From positions 44,274,401-44,338,400 of the forward strand of contig CM120641.1 in NCBI GenBank assembly GCA_051362555.1: a DNA stretch of 64,000 bases, in the 5' to 3' direction. The stretch's first letter is position 1; each line of letters begins with the position of its first letter. The stretch is from Lingula anatina. Its lineage: Eukaryota > Animalia > Brachiopoda. Of this stretch, positions 1-13,440 are shown in pieces. Position numbers and translations under genes: made by a program. Below the pieces are notes generated by a model, which saw only the letters and a program-made list of their open reading frames with translations, was not told the origin of the DNA and ran no database searches.

Positions 1-383
1 TGAATTGTCAGGTCAGGAATAAAAACTATATCAGTCTTATTTACAATTTGTGATGCAATATGTGCTTATGTATGAGAGATATATGTGCACACTGCTGTTA
101 AATGATGATCTTTAATAGAGTGGTAAAGCATGAAACTGAATGGACAGCTGGATCATCTTCAGTACTTTTTCAGTAACCCCCCCCCCCCCCCCCCCCCCCC
201 CCACACACACACAGGCACATATGCAGCCCTCATATCCCTTTGATTTTCAGTGACTTGGGGGGGGGGGGTCTGCAAAAGTGCCAAACCTTTTGCTTGCCTC
301 TTACCTCCTTAAAGTCTGTCTATGTAAGGTACATTGTTTTTTATGTATCGCCCATTGTTTCATTTGAATGTACATTTTCTCAG

Positions 384-505
384 GTAAGGACACACCAATT
401 AAACAACTTTATCAACTCCAAGCTGATGAGAAGGTCGCTGTCATAGGAACGCTCTTCAAACACATGGAACTAAGACCAAGTATACTCAAAGAGATCAGTG
501 AGGAG
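384..505 (+). CDS. POLD2: POLD2 coding exon (122 nt; GKDTPIKQ...KEISEE)
   Basis: Acceptor tttctcag ends 383; donor gtaaga at 506; GTLFK motif of the OB-fold region. Confidence 0.95.
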
Positions 506-2139
506 GTAAGAACTGGCGTAACAGAAGTAGTGCATGTGCATGCGTGCCTGTGTGCATGTTTGTGTGTTGACAACTCGAGTAAATTGTTGACTCTTGCCTA
601 TTTTATGATGAAATTAATTGCTGACTTTTGTCATCAATGTATTTTATGATGAAAACATTAATGTAACTTTAATATTTGTTTTGGATTTGGGAGGAAAAGA
701 TTCATAGATATGATTGCACAACCCCTTTTAAACTAATTAACCGTGCCAAATATAAAGATATAAGAAGATTTACTAAGATGTATGACTAAGAATTAACATA
801 ACATAAACTAAACAAATAATTATCCACTATGATGCATATGTTTTTTGACTTACAGTATATGTATCAACCTTGTTCAACATATCACAAGACAAATTCCATG
901 TTGACTTTTTGTTTAGGAAGACAAAGGGATTGAATTGAGATTTCATTGTCAGTTTTCATTTCCAGAATGCCATGCTACCTCAGCCAGCTCGTAGTAGATA
1001 TACTGATGATAAAGATGAGTTGATCCTTGAGGATGAGTTACAAAGGATACAGTTAAAGGGCTCTATTGATGTCCAGACCATGGTCACAGGTCTGTGTCCA
1101 CTACAGAATAAGTGAAAAACCAAAAAAAAAAAAGATTTGATATTAACCTTACTGCTTTATGAGTCTGTAGAGAATGTTAGGCGCATGCTTTTGTGGGGGG
1201 GGATTGCAAAAAATTGCTAAGTGTCAGTTTGGTATTTGAATATTCATGCATTAATTAATTTTGTATATTGTGTATAAGAATATTTAATGAAATTTGAATG
1301 TAAATAACAAGTTGATTTTGTTGCGTACAATCTAGGTATAGTCATAGCTGTGTATGGCGTGGAACCTGATGAAGATCGTGGAAAGTTTCTGGTGGAGGAC
1401 TATTGTTTCCTCGACATGGCTAGTTCTGTACCAAGGCCTGTGGTGGAACATCCTGTGTAAGTCAAGCTTAGTCTTGATCTACTCTCCAACTCCGAGAAAG
1501 ATCAGGGGCTTGTGTCCATTGATGTTAATTTTTAGATCAAAATTTTGGTCTACATAAACTTAAGGTAGCTCTGTGGAAGTCATCTGAAATAAGTTTTTTT
1601 TTTTTTTTTTTTGCTTCTCTAGATATAATGCTAGAATGAATATATATTAATAAAAAATATAAAGGCCCCACACAATACTTTATCCACATTTTGGAGTTAC
1701 CCATTACATGTTACATATGTAATTCACGTTATATTTTTGCTTGGTGTATACTGACATGAACAGATAGACCACAATGGTTTAAAGCCTAATATACCATGTT
1801 CTATGTATGCTCTACTACACTGCACTGCACAACACATTTTGCCTCTGTCCCCTAATGATTTCCTATTTCTCACTCATTCACTCACTCACTCATCATTTCA
1901 TCAGTGCTTTTTATTTAAATTAGGTATGTTGCCATGGTATCAGGGTTGGACATTGGTGGCAAGTCCAGCAATTTGCTGAGTGTCCAGATGTTAGTGGACG
2001 TACTGACTGGTCAGTTGGGGGACGAGGGAGAACAGGAGACTTGTGCCAGTATCAGCAGACTTATTATAGCGGGGAATTCTCTCAGTCAAGAAACACAAGA
2101 TAAGGAACAAGTAAAACAAGTAAGTCTGTCTGTCTGTGT

Positions 2140-2198
<59 letters not shown>

Positions 2199-5100
2199 TT
2201 AAAATCTATATTCCATTTTTTTTACAGTTGAGATTTCAGATCGACCTTGTTTTAGAGTAGATGGAGCCATTTTCACAAAAGAGTTTTTTGTCTGAAAGGT
2301 AGCTTAACTTTGAGACCAAAATATGTAGCCTACTTTGACCCTAGGATGATTAGTACATGTCAGATGAAATGAAATATCAGACCTCTTTTTACAAAAAAAA
2401 AAAAAAATGCAGCAAATGTAAAAGAGAATACTTAATTTGATTCATTGGACTACAACAAATTTACCCTGAATTGAAGTCGTCCAAGATTTTTGGTGTACAT
2501 GTTTAAGACAATTATTTCTCTTACGTTCTTCTGAAAATACCCAAAATCCTTATTTATGTCTTCAAAGTATGTCAACCTTCTAAGACTAAAATTTAACATG
2601 TTTAACTCTTCCTGTCAAGCTGATTTTGAGTTTTTTTCTCAAAATATATCGTTATGTTTATAGCTTTGTTATAGTGCTGCATCGTACCTTTATTCTAATC
2701 TCAAAATTTCAGGCGAAATATCTGACCAAGAAAACAACTGCTGGTAGTGTTGATGCCGTTAAGAGTCTAGATGACATTCTGGTGCAATTAGCGGTGAGTC
2801 TATTTGATGTAATTCTTGGAATTTGCCTCTGGAACCTACATCACAAAAGAACAGTCTAAAGTTTTTCAGCTTAACAGACTACTGTAAAAAGCAAAATTTG
2901 CAACATTGGTCCACTGGCATATTTCATTTTTATTATCCCATCATAAATGTGGTTGACATACCTAAATACCCAATTCACAAGTTGGGCAAAATTGCTTTTT
3001 TTTTCCAAAGAAAACTCATTTGGCAGAAAATCCAGGATTAAATGCCTCTAATCTGAGCAATGGCTAGTACACCTGTCAAATGATCAGTTCTTGCCAGATC
3101 TTTCCTAATCAGCCTTTATTTTTTCAGTGCTCCATGAGCATTGACATTATGCCAGGGGAATTTGATCCGGCTAACCACATCCTACCACAACAACCACTAC
3201 ATCGCTGTATGTTCCCCCAGGCGGCCATGTTTCCATCTACACACTGCGTCACCAACCCATATGATTGCACCATAGAAGGAATAAGGTACTTAACCAATCC
3301 AAACAGTCTTTATTTTTGAAATTAGAAGAAATGAATGAATAACCAAACAGCTTTCTTAGCAATGAACTTGCTATTGATGCACACCCTTTTCATTTGACTT
3401 TGATTTGATTTGAATTTATTGATTAATTAATTAATTTATACATTTCTTTATTATTCCTATTCTGTGTAATTTGAAGCAGGATCCAAAAAAAAACCATAGC
3501 TGATAGCTCTATGGCATTCTTGCTACTGTGCTGCCATCTACTAGTTACCACAAACATTACAGTCATTTCTCTTGGAATTTTCTGGCTCATAAACTGCTTT
3601 CTTCAGACATTGTTTATAGTGTGTAGATAGAAAAGCCCACAACAAAGTTTTTGTCAGAATTTCTTCCAAAATCTGATAAATTGGTCTATGGCACAAGGTA
3701 ATTATATTATGGAAAAGAAAAAAATTGTCTGTCCAGCATTATAGAAGACTATATATGTACTTACATCTATACAGACAAACATGTTTCAAGTGTGATATTG
3801 CTACCACCATGTTGTTCAACACGATATTGGACACACATTTCTAGCTCTGTTGTCGGGAGTACATTTACAAAATTAAACACGTATCTTATAACTAACAATA
3901 AAAATAGTACATTTTGGAAAGATGTAAGAGATTCTAATTGCACATTTTTGTGAATTTTTAAAAATTAATATGAGGATTTTTTTTTGAAAGATTCTTGGGC
4001 ATGACCCCATCAAAATGTTACCCATTTGTTTCATCTTTTTATAGATTCCTCGGCACATCTGGTCAGAATGTTATGGACATCCATCGCTACAGCACTCTGG
4101 ATGACCACTTGCAGATAATGGAGAATTGTTTGACCTGGGGTCACCTGGCCCCCACCGCTCCGGACACATTAGGTAAGCTGACACGTTGACAGCACTAATA
4201 TTGGATGGGGAAATGGCAATTTATGGAACATTTAGTTTAATTGGTGGTTGGTTGTCACAAATACTGGGGGTGTATTAATTCCTGCTGTTGCAGTAAGTTA
4301 TTGATTTCTTATTTGACTTAATACACTGTATTTAATGGTTTGTTAAAAATTTGTGATTATTTAGATCTATTTTACCCTTCTTTCTTTCTTTTTCTTTCTT
4401 TCTTTCTTTCTTTCTTTCTTAAAGGAGTGATTGAATGTGTTAGGATAATAAGATTGCCAAGCAACAGATTTTATTCTGTTTGTGTTATATAGGTCAGGCA
4501 TGCATGGGATTATATACAATTTTAATGATGGTTTTTTTTTCTTTAATTTAAGTTGTAATATAACAGTGTGTCAGATGTAGATGATACTTCTGTCCAGGCT
4601 TTGAACAAAGATGATTATTGAAGGGATAATTTGTAATCTTGATGGTGATGATGATGAAAATAATAATGAATTATGATAGAATGATAATGATGCATAATAC
4701 CCTGCTAGAGGAAGGGGGACAGTATGCCCCAAAATGCTGCAGGTGTACCTTATACCAATGAAGTATGGAAGGAGTAAAATATGATGATGATGATATTATT
4801 ATAATATTTTCAAAATTTATTATTATTATCACGATCATTGTCATCATGATTATAAAAGAAGTGATACATGTGTTGAATAAAATCATGATGACTTTTCCAA
4901 ATATAAGCATGATAAAAACTCAAAGCAACAGTTATGAAATAACTGATGATAAATTTTTTGGCATGTGATGAAAACAAACAAAAAAATAAACGGACGGAGA
5001 ATGGTATGTGAGTCCTTTAATCGGTAAAAAACCAATGCTGGTGATTTGAATATTGCATGTCTTCAATCCTTGTAATTTTATCATTGGGCAGAATTCTGGA

Positions 5101-8100
5101 AATCCTGCTCAATTACTAAAAGATACAAGCTTGTTTATGGATTAAATTGAGGTTGTTAATTTGTTTTTTTGTGAGAAGCAGATGTTATGTCTTTTTGTCA
5201 TGATTAAAGTTCCTGGAGATTTCTGATGTTATTTATTCATTTTATTTATTTATTTATTTTTTTATTGTTTTACTATTATTATTATTATTTTTTGTAATTA
5301 TTTTGTATAATCAATATCTTTTCTGCCTTGAAATAAGTCTCAAGACTTCTCAAAAATGAAGGCCTCTTTTGCTGTCAGTATATTTCACATCAGTTATCCT
5401 TCTCGTATTTCATTTCTTGGCAACAAGTGTTATTTTTTAAATGTTTTCGAAGAATTTAGATAGCAGGGATGGAACTTTGTGGTTAAATGCATATTGAAAG
5501 ACAAGCATTTCAATTGAAATGTGAAATATTAAGCTATTTGTCTGTAATTAGACCAGTATTGATTTAATTATTCACACAGATGTTTCTGTTAAGGTTTATA
5601 CATTATTTATTGTGAGATGTGGTGTTTTTCAATAATTCTTTATTCCATTCTATTTACAAAGAATGCATTTTATAAGGCGATCATCAAAATTGCATGTAAA
5701 TTTAACCATTTCATGTTAGAAAGTCAAAAGCTTGTTGAATATATTAAATTTAATTAAGAGTTTTTGAGGTGGATATATTTTTAAAATAGTGATGCACTGA
5801 TATCGCAAACATGTCTTAATTAAGGGATGAGAGACATGATTTTCTATCTGAAGGTTTAGTTATTTGGCTTAATAGATTATACGATGGTCTAACATGAAAA
5901 TCATTCTTGCATGAAATCACTTTAAAACATCTGCAATGAACCAAGTGTTTTTTGTAGGACACAATTCGTATCATCAATCAACAGTGCATCATTATTTAAT
6001 TATTATTGATGTCAGTGGCCATTTCTAACTGCAATAAGCTGTAATTACACTACTACATGTATCAACTTGTTCTGGGCAGGACACATGAGCACAAATTATA
6101 AAATGTAAAAACACTAATTGTTCTTTTTAAAATAAATTGTATCTTTTAAATTGTTTGAACTATTTAAATGGTGCCACAGACATTTAAGCTTGGTGTGTAG
6201 ATTAGGAGAACTTTGGCTTTGGTCACCCTTAGCAAAATATCAGGCCTGCCTTAACCTCTTGTTGCAATTTGCGACAAATTTGCCAGAAGGGATTTTATTC
6301 TTTGATTTGAACTTTGATATATTTTTAGTGTTAGTTGGTATGGTCTGAAAAATTGGCATAAAATGTTTCTGCTGATTTGGAAAAACATATATATATACCT
6401 ATGCAATTATATTACAGTGAATACTTACATGTGGGGTTCCCCTTTAGTTGCTTGAAATTTTCACAAGGATGGCAGCTATTTAGACTGATTTTTATATATT
6501 TTTTTTATTTATTTATGATTATTATTATTTTTTATTATTATTTATTTTTTGCATACTAATGGCTAGAGGCCCATTGTTTGTAGTTTTGTAGAGCAGTCTT
6601 CAACCCAATTTTGCAGGAGGTATCATCTCTTTAATTACTTTTTTGTATGGTTTCTTTACTGCTCGTCCACTGATCAAGAGAGAGGAGTATAGAACACTGC
6701 ACTTAAATTAGGGATAAACCATTGAAAAAATAGGGTTAATCAGATAATCTGGAAATCACACAATGAGAGGAAAACCAGGAAATCTGTTTAAAGAAATAAA
6801 AAGATATAAAACCCATTTGAACTGTACACTATGACCATTTCCCTTGTACTCTTTACTGTGAATATTGATCACTCCTTAGTGAGGCTTGAACTTCAATTTA
6901 TTTCCTGCTATCTGAGGAATGCAACTGTAACACGCAGACAATTTGCAAGCACTAAAATCTTTTGATCAAGAATTCAATCAAGGTGGCTTCAGGATGCTTC
7001 CATCATTCAAAAAAGGCTGAAATATCTTATGGCAGTGATAACTTATAAGAACCTAATAATCCTATCTCTGTAGAAAACATGCCCTAAAATATTAACAGCT
7101 TTTATCTGTTTTAGAGACCAATGTTTGTTTAGCTTATTCTGTTAGATTGAGAAAATTGACTCTTTTAGACACCCTGAGCTTCAGAGATAACTTGACACTA
7201 ACCTCTTCACTATTAGCCTATCTTCATCGTGTCAAGTAACCTCTGACGAAAATAGTTTGACCTAGTTTATATAAGCCAATCGAATCCATGTTTCAAAAAT
7301 TTTCACCAAAGTTTGGTGAAAACGCTGATTGGTTGACCGTCAATCGGCAATCCTCGGCTGATTCCGCAAGCTCCATACTAACAACATAGTTATTGTCGAG
7401 TGCGGAGACATCCGAGTAGTTCCGAGTGCATAACCGTACACAAAGAAAGCATGGAGTATATCGGAATTGAAACCAGAGCAGTTTGATGCCCTGCATAATT
7501 ATCTACTGAGGGATGATGTATTTTGCGTGCTGCCCACAGGTTACGGCAAGTCCCTGATATTCAGCCTTATCTTTGATTGGTCCGGATTTGAACAAAGCGC
7601 GCTTTGACTCGTTCGCGTTCATTGGCTAGATCGTTCAATGAGTCATTGAGTGCGGGCTTTAAATTTGATTGGCGGGCGGCGGAGGCAATCGAATGTGGTC
7701 AGAGGTAACTTGACACGATGAAGATAGGCTATAGTGAAGAGGTTAGTGTCAAGTTATCTCTGAAGCTCAGGGTGCTTTTAGATAGCTTGAATGGATTTTA
7801 TGGTTCACTGACATGCAGATCAAGTTTTCAAGTTTTTGTACGGCTGGGATGAACCTTGTATCTCAAGTTTGACACAAGTCATCGTGCCATTATGACCTGA
7901 CAGGTCTAAACTGGTTGACTGCATTACCCAGTTTGGAGCTTTGTCAGATTAAATAATTAATTATCAGTTCTCATTTTAATGTCTAAAAAATGTCATTTCT
8001 GTTGTGTGATACTTTTATTTAGGGCGACTTGTTGTGACAAGTTCTTTGCATCTTAATCACAAATATCACAATTGATTTATTATGTACAGACACAGATGTG

Positions 8101-11100
8101 TCTGTACATATAGCCATCATCTGCGTCTGTCGGCGCCGTCGCCGTCGCCGTCGGCGCCGTCGCCGTGCACTTTTACCGATAACACGATAAGTGGAAAACT
8201 GTTTTTTCTTTTGGCTTGAAACTTACAGAACTGATGAATATTCGTAATACGCAGGTCAAGTTCAAAAATCAGCATGATCGGGTCACTTATAGGGAATTTA
8301 TGCTGTTTTTTCACTTTTTTCAGCATATATGCAGCACCGATAACACAATAAGTGGAAAACCATTTTACCTTTTGGCTTGAAACTTATAGAACTGATGAAT
8401 ATTCATAATACGCAGGTCAAGTTCGAAAATCAGCGTGATTGGGTCATTTCTAGTGAATTTAGGCTATTTTTTCTCTTTTTTCAGCATATATGCAGCACCG
8501 ATAACACCATAAATGGAAAACCATTTTACCTTTTGGCTTGAAACTTACAAAACTGATGAATATTCGAAATACGCAGGTCAAGTTTGAAAATCAGCATGAT
8601 CGGGCCATTTTTAGGGATGTTATGCTGTTTTTTCACTTCTTTCAACATATATGTAACGCTAATAACACAATATAAGAAAAACAAATAGGCCAATTGTCAT
8701 TATACTCACAGGAGTAGTCAAACTAACCAAAACGCAGGTTGAGTTCCAAAATCAGCATAATCGTGCCATTCTTTTAGAAGTTATGCTGTTTTTTCACATT
8801 TCCTCAGATTCAATTGTTAGGCATATTAACAGTCTCATTATTGAACTAATAAGATACGTAAAAGTGTTTGTTTGACATTTCCTGCATCTCAATAACATTG
8901 TTAGTTGATTATGTAAAAATGATGGTAAACTTGTTATTGTGTATTATGTTATAAAGCGTCAAAAATGGAAATAAACAAATATCATTGCAGTTTGTCAGAT
9001 TCAATCATTTACTATATTCATTATCTCAGAATGGAGGAAATTGGACATTTAACACTGTTCTATTGATATTTTTCCCATCTCATCAATTTTCTTACTTGAT
9101 CATATACAAATGGTAGAAAACTGTTTATTTTGTTTTATGTTAAAAAAGTGTTCTAAAAATGGAAGTAAACCCATTGCAGAACAGTGCTGTCTTGTTTCAG
9201 CATATATGCAGCACCGATAACACGATAAGTGGAAAATCATTTTACCTTTTGGTTTCAAACTTACAGAACTGATGAATATTCATAATACGCAGGTCAAGTT
9301 TGAAAATCAGTATGATTGGGTCATTTTTAGGGAAGTTATGCTGTTTTTCACTTTTTTCAGCATATATGCAACACTGATAACATGATAAGTGGAAAACCAT
9401 TTTACCTTTTGGTTTGAAACTTGCAGAACTAATGAATATTCATAATACGCAGGTCAAGTTTGAAAATCAGCATCATCGGGTCATTTTTAGGGAAGTAATG
9501 CTGTTTTTTCACTTTTTTCAGCATGTACGCAACACCTTTGTGCTATATGATGGTACTGTATGGATGACAGTCTATAAAATTGTCCCTTGGGTGATCACTA
9601 ATTAAATTAAGGTCTATAAAGTCACTTGCCTACTCATTAATTTTCAATTGGCTATTAAATGAGATTACATAAAACACTCCTTGAGATTTCCCTGTAAAGT
9701 CCCATAGGTTTAGCTCTCTTAACTGTGTCACAAAATTAGGATTTGGTGATAATTGTGCAGATAAATGGTGTTTAACATTGCAAATAAATTTACAACAAAA
9801 AGAATGTGTTATGCCAACATGCTATAGATGAATAACAGTGCTTTATTTTTCTCAAACTTGGTGGGGTTATTAATATCAAGTTAATACAGCTAGATTAAAA
9901 GTTTGAATAGCAGCTTTATTGGAATTTTTTACGTTTTATTTAAAATTTTTTTTAAAATTATTTTTCAAACACAAGCATCTTCAAGATGTGATTTTATACT
10001 CCCATCCACCAGAAGTGCTGTGCATTTTCTGTATTTTTGTATATAATTGTTATTTCTTCAGATTTAATTCTTAGGCATGTTAACAGTCTCATTATGGAAC
10101 TAATAAGATATGTAAAAGTGTTGTTTTGACATTTTCTGCTTCTTAACAATATTGTTTGTTGATTATATAAAAATGACGGTAAACCTGTTATAATAATGTG
10201 CATTGTGTAATAAAGTATCATAAATGGAAAGGAACTCATCATTGCAGTTTGTCAGATTTAATCATTCACTATGTTCAGCATCTGCAAATGGAGCAAATTG
10301 GACATTGAAAATTGTTCTATTGCTATTTTTCCTATGTCAGCAATTTTCCTAGTTGAACATTTAAAAATGACAGTTTATTGATCATTTTGTTTTAAAAAAG
10401 GTGTTGAAAATGGAAAGAAAATCATTTCAGTACAGTTATCTCTTGTTTACATTTTGGCATTTTGAAAGTGTGACTCTGAACTTCCATGGCCTTGAAGACC
10501 TTCCCAAATCACATTTTCTGAATATTCATGATACTTTTATTTTTTTATAAAAAATTTGATGGTCATTATGCTGTTAAGTATTATGTTTTATTGCATGAAA
10601 GTTGAAGAAAACCCTATTTTGGACACTGCTGCCAGGATAGCAATTAAGGTAAAACCATGTTACTTACGATACTGAAACTTAGTGAAAAGTTTCATAAGAC
10701 AGAAGTGCGCAGCTTGTGTTTGAAAACCAGTGTGATTGTTTTCTGTTTTGGAGGCAATGCAGGTTTATAGAGTGCTATACTGGCATTTTCAAGTTGTGAC
10801 TTATCACTCCCATCTGCCAGGAGCCCTGTACTCTTACTTTGTAACATTTTCTGTATTTTGTTAAGTTACAAGAATGATTCTTAGGATTGACATACAGCCC
10901 AAAAAAAAAAAAATTAATAATATATAGTGATTATATATATATATATATATATATATATTAATGAGTTTAAGCATTTTTTTTTTTGTGTGTAATTTTCACT
11001 GTACCTCATTCTGGCATTTCCAAAGTTTAACTCTTATCAGCCTGACACCTTAGGGACTATTTCCAGACCCTATCACGCTAACTGTGGATCGATCTATCTC

Positions 11101-13034
11101 CATGGGAATTCTCGCTAAATTGCAATCAATGTTAGTGGCTTAGTTGTCTGTCACGCCTACTGAAACTGGCATGCCAGAATCCTAAGACTCTCAAACTGAA
11201 AGCAATTTAGTGAGAAACCCCTTGGAGTTGCATTGATCCTGTTAGATTGATCTAGGTATGGGAACTTAGTCTAATGCTTGATACACATTTTACTTTCATC
11301 CTATTCCAATGTTATGCAGAATAAGAATTTGATGTTGGCTATGCAGTTACAGTAAGCATAATACATTAGTTCATCAGAATTGACAGTATCCTATTTCCTG
11401 CGTTTTTATTTTCTGGTTTTTGTCTGTACATTTGACAGCTTTGCTGCCTTGTTTTTCTCATTGACACTGGGTTGACTGTTTGTCAGTGGATATTGTCCAG
11501 TAAACACACGGCTTAGGTTGGAAAAATGTTAACAAAGGTTTCTCAACAGAATCCAGTCCAGTTATGGGCCAATATTACCCAGATAATTTCCCCTCAAATC
11601 CATCCATGGCAAAGTACAAAAAATCCAAAATGGCTGCCAATGCATAGGGGTGTATATTTTAGTGAGCATATATCACGGTAACTTGCAAACTTGTGAGAGG
11701 TATCATTTCCAATGTTTAAAAGCATGGCCATTCATTTTAAAAAGTTTGGAAGTCATCAGAGGTCAAGGTCTCAAAAAAGGACCAAAATAACTTTAAATAC
11801 AACATCAACTTTCTTTTTTTCAAAAACTTTTTTTTTTTGTTTTTCTGGCTCGTGTTGATAACTTCATACAAGGGACCCCCTATTTTAACTGAAATTTTGT
11901 CTATATATTGGACTAATATCTCAAATTTTGATGAAAATTTCAGGATAAGTAGCATGTTATTCAGGTAATCACAAATTATAACTTAATCTGGGTTGCCTGA
12001 TATCTGTTGTCTCTTACTAGTATAGTAATTTCCAATCTTCCTAGTGTAGGTCTGTGCTCTTGGAGTGCTCTATACATTGCTGAAAAGTTTAGCCAAATCA
12101 AATTGTCTAAGACAAAGCAACATGAAAATGATGAGATTTTTAAATCTAAATGTATTTTTTACTTTCTTTCACTGGAATAGATAACCTGTTCAGGGCAAGT
12201 TTAAATTCAGATAAATCATGTACATGGATGTGGAAGTATTCTGTTTATTGGGTTCTCGTTAGCACATCATATTATATTTTTCAAGAAATCTTTAGCATAA
12301 ACATCATTATGGGATGCCCTACAAGTATTTGAACCCAAACAAGTGATAACTTTCTAAGAAGTCCTGTCTTTCTTGGAAAAGATGAAGATATTGTGTTCTT
12401 TAATAGTTCTTTTTGAAGAAATGCCAAAAAGTAACACCTAAGGCAATCTATAGCTGAATATTGAATTTTTGACTCCACCACATATTAGACAATTAATTTC
12501 TATTTTGAGAATGATTGATGGGGGGGGGACTGATGTTGGGTTGCCCTAAGGCGAACCCTCTTCTATCAGTCCGTTACAGAGTTCAATCATATACGAGGAT
12601 TTTGACACTTATGGCTGTGTATCTGGGCTTAGTTTGAACAAAATTACTGCTAAAATCATATGGCACATGCCAAGGTTATATACCAGCACAGAGAGAAAGA
12701 TGGAGTAAATAGCACCAGTATCTAACAAGATTGCTGTGTAATATTGCTAACCCTGGTGGTCTGGTTGATCTGAGTGCAGATGGTTTATACTGATAATGGC
12801 CCGGACTTCATTCAGGATGGTGAGGTGATGGATTGTAATATATATCGTCAGTAGCTTGTTCTTCCTAGAGAACTTGAGATATAAAAACTTGAGATAGAAC
12901 TTTAAGACTTTTACAGATTGACCATGAAATACTATAGTTTACTAAACCAGACAAACTTTTGGGTCTAAAAGTGTAAGACCAATATTCAGTTTAAAATTAG
13001 TTTGTGAAATGAGCCCCAGGGAGACTGTAAGATG

Positions 13035-13121
<87 letters not shown>

Positions 13122-13403
13122 ATGATCATAATGCTATATGTAATTATTGCCATGATGGAAGGTTTGTGCTGATGATGTGGGAGGATAAAAGTAAAATACA
13201 AATGAAGAAATGATAGGGAACGGCAGTGAGTGCAAGGATACATTTGTCATGGATGTGTGTTATTAACTCTTATGGAAAAAAGTACTAGTATATTAATTAA
13301 ATGAAGATGATAGCCTAGATAATGTATTTAAATTTCAGCATAGTCAGTCAGTCAGTATGACTTTGTGTTTCATTTAGAAAACACATGCTTTGGTCAACAG
13401 AGT

Positions 13404-13440
<37 letters not shown>

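Larger units (their letters stand above)
8077..11453 (+). mobile_element. Helentron-type non-autonomous element (HINE/DINE-1-like) with internal satellite arrays
   Basis: 5' perfect 14-bp hairpin TATGTACAGACACA-ga-TGTGTCTGTACATA (8081-8110); (CGTCGC)-type microsatellite 8124-8166; central tandem repeats; 3' subTIR TGTCTGTACAT (11421-11431, exact reverse complement of 8082-8092); short hairpin GACAGC-ttt-GCTGCC; terminal TTGTT in T-rich flanks. Confidence 0.78.

Noticed and set aside
1354-1557. [14 protein letters not shown]...
   Set aside because: Alternative frame over a real POLD2 exon, running into the intron.
4698-4745. CTAGAGGAAGGGGG...CCCCAAAATG resembling a decayed Penelope-type hammerhead
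   Set aside because: Neither CTGANGA nor GAAA core is intact; too degenerate to support.
7434-7610. RecQ-like peptide as an exon of a nested host gene
   Set aside because: Enclosed by TIRs and a TSD, bounded by in-frame stops, and no further helicase motifs were found in the window.
8550-8585. CTGATGA-atattc-GAAA resembling a minimal hammerhead ribozyme core
   Set aside because: Stem II closing pair would be A-C, stems I and III do not form next to the core, and sister units read CATAAT or CGTAAT instead of CGAAAT.
8175-9535. Regular repeats as a CRISPR-like array
   Set aside because: Whole 161-bp units repeat without unique spacers, there are no cas genes, and the context is a eukaryotic intron.
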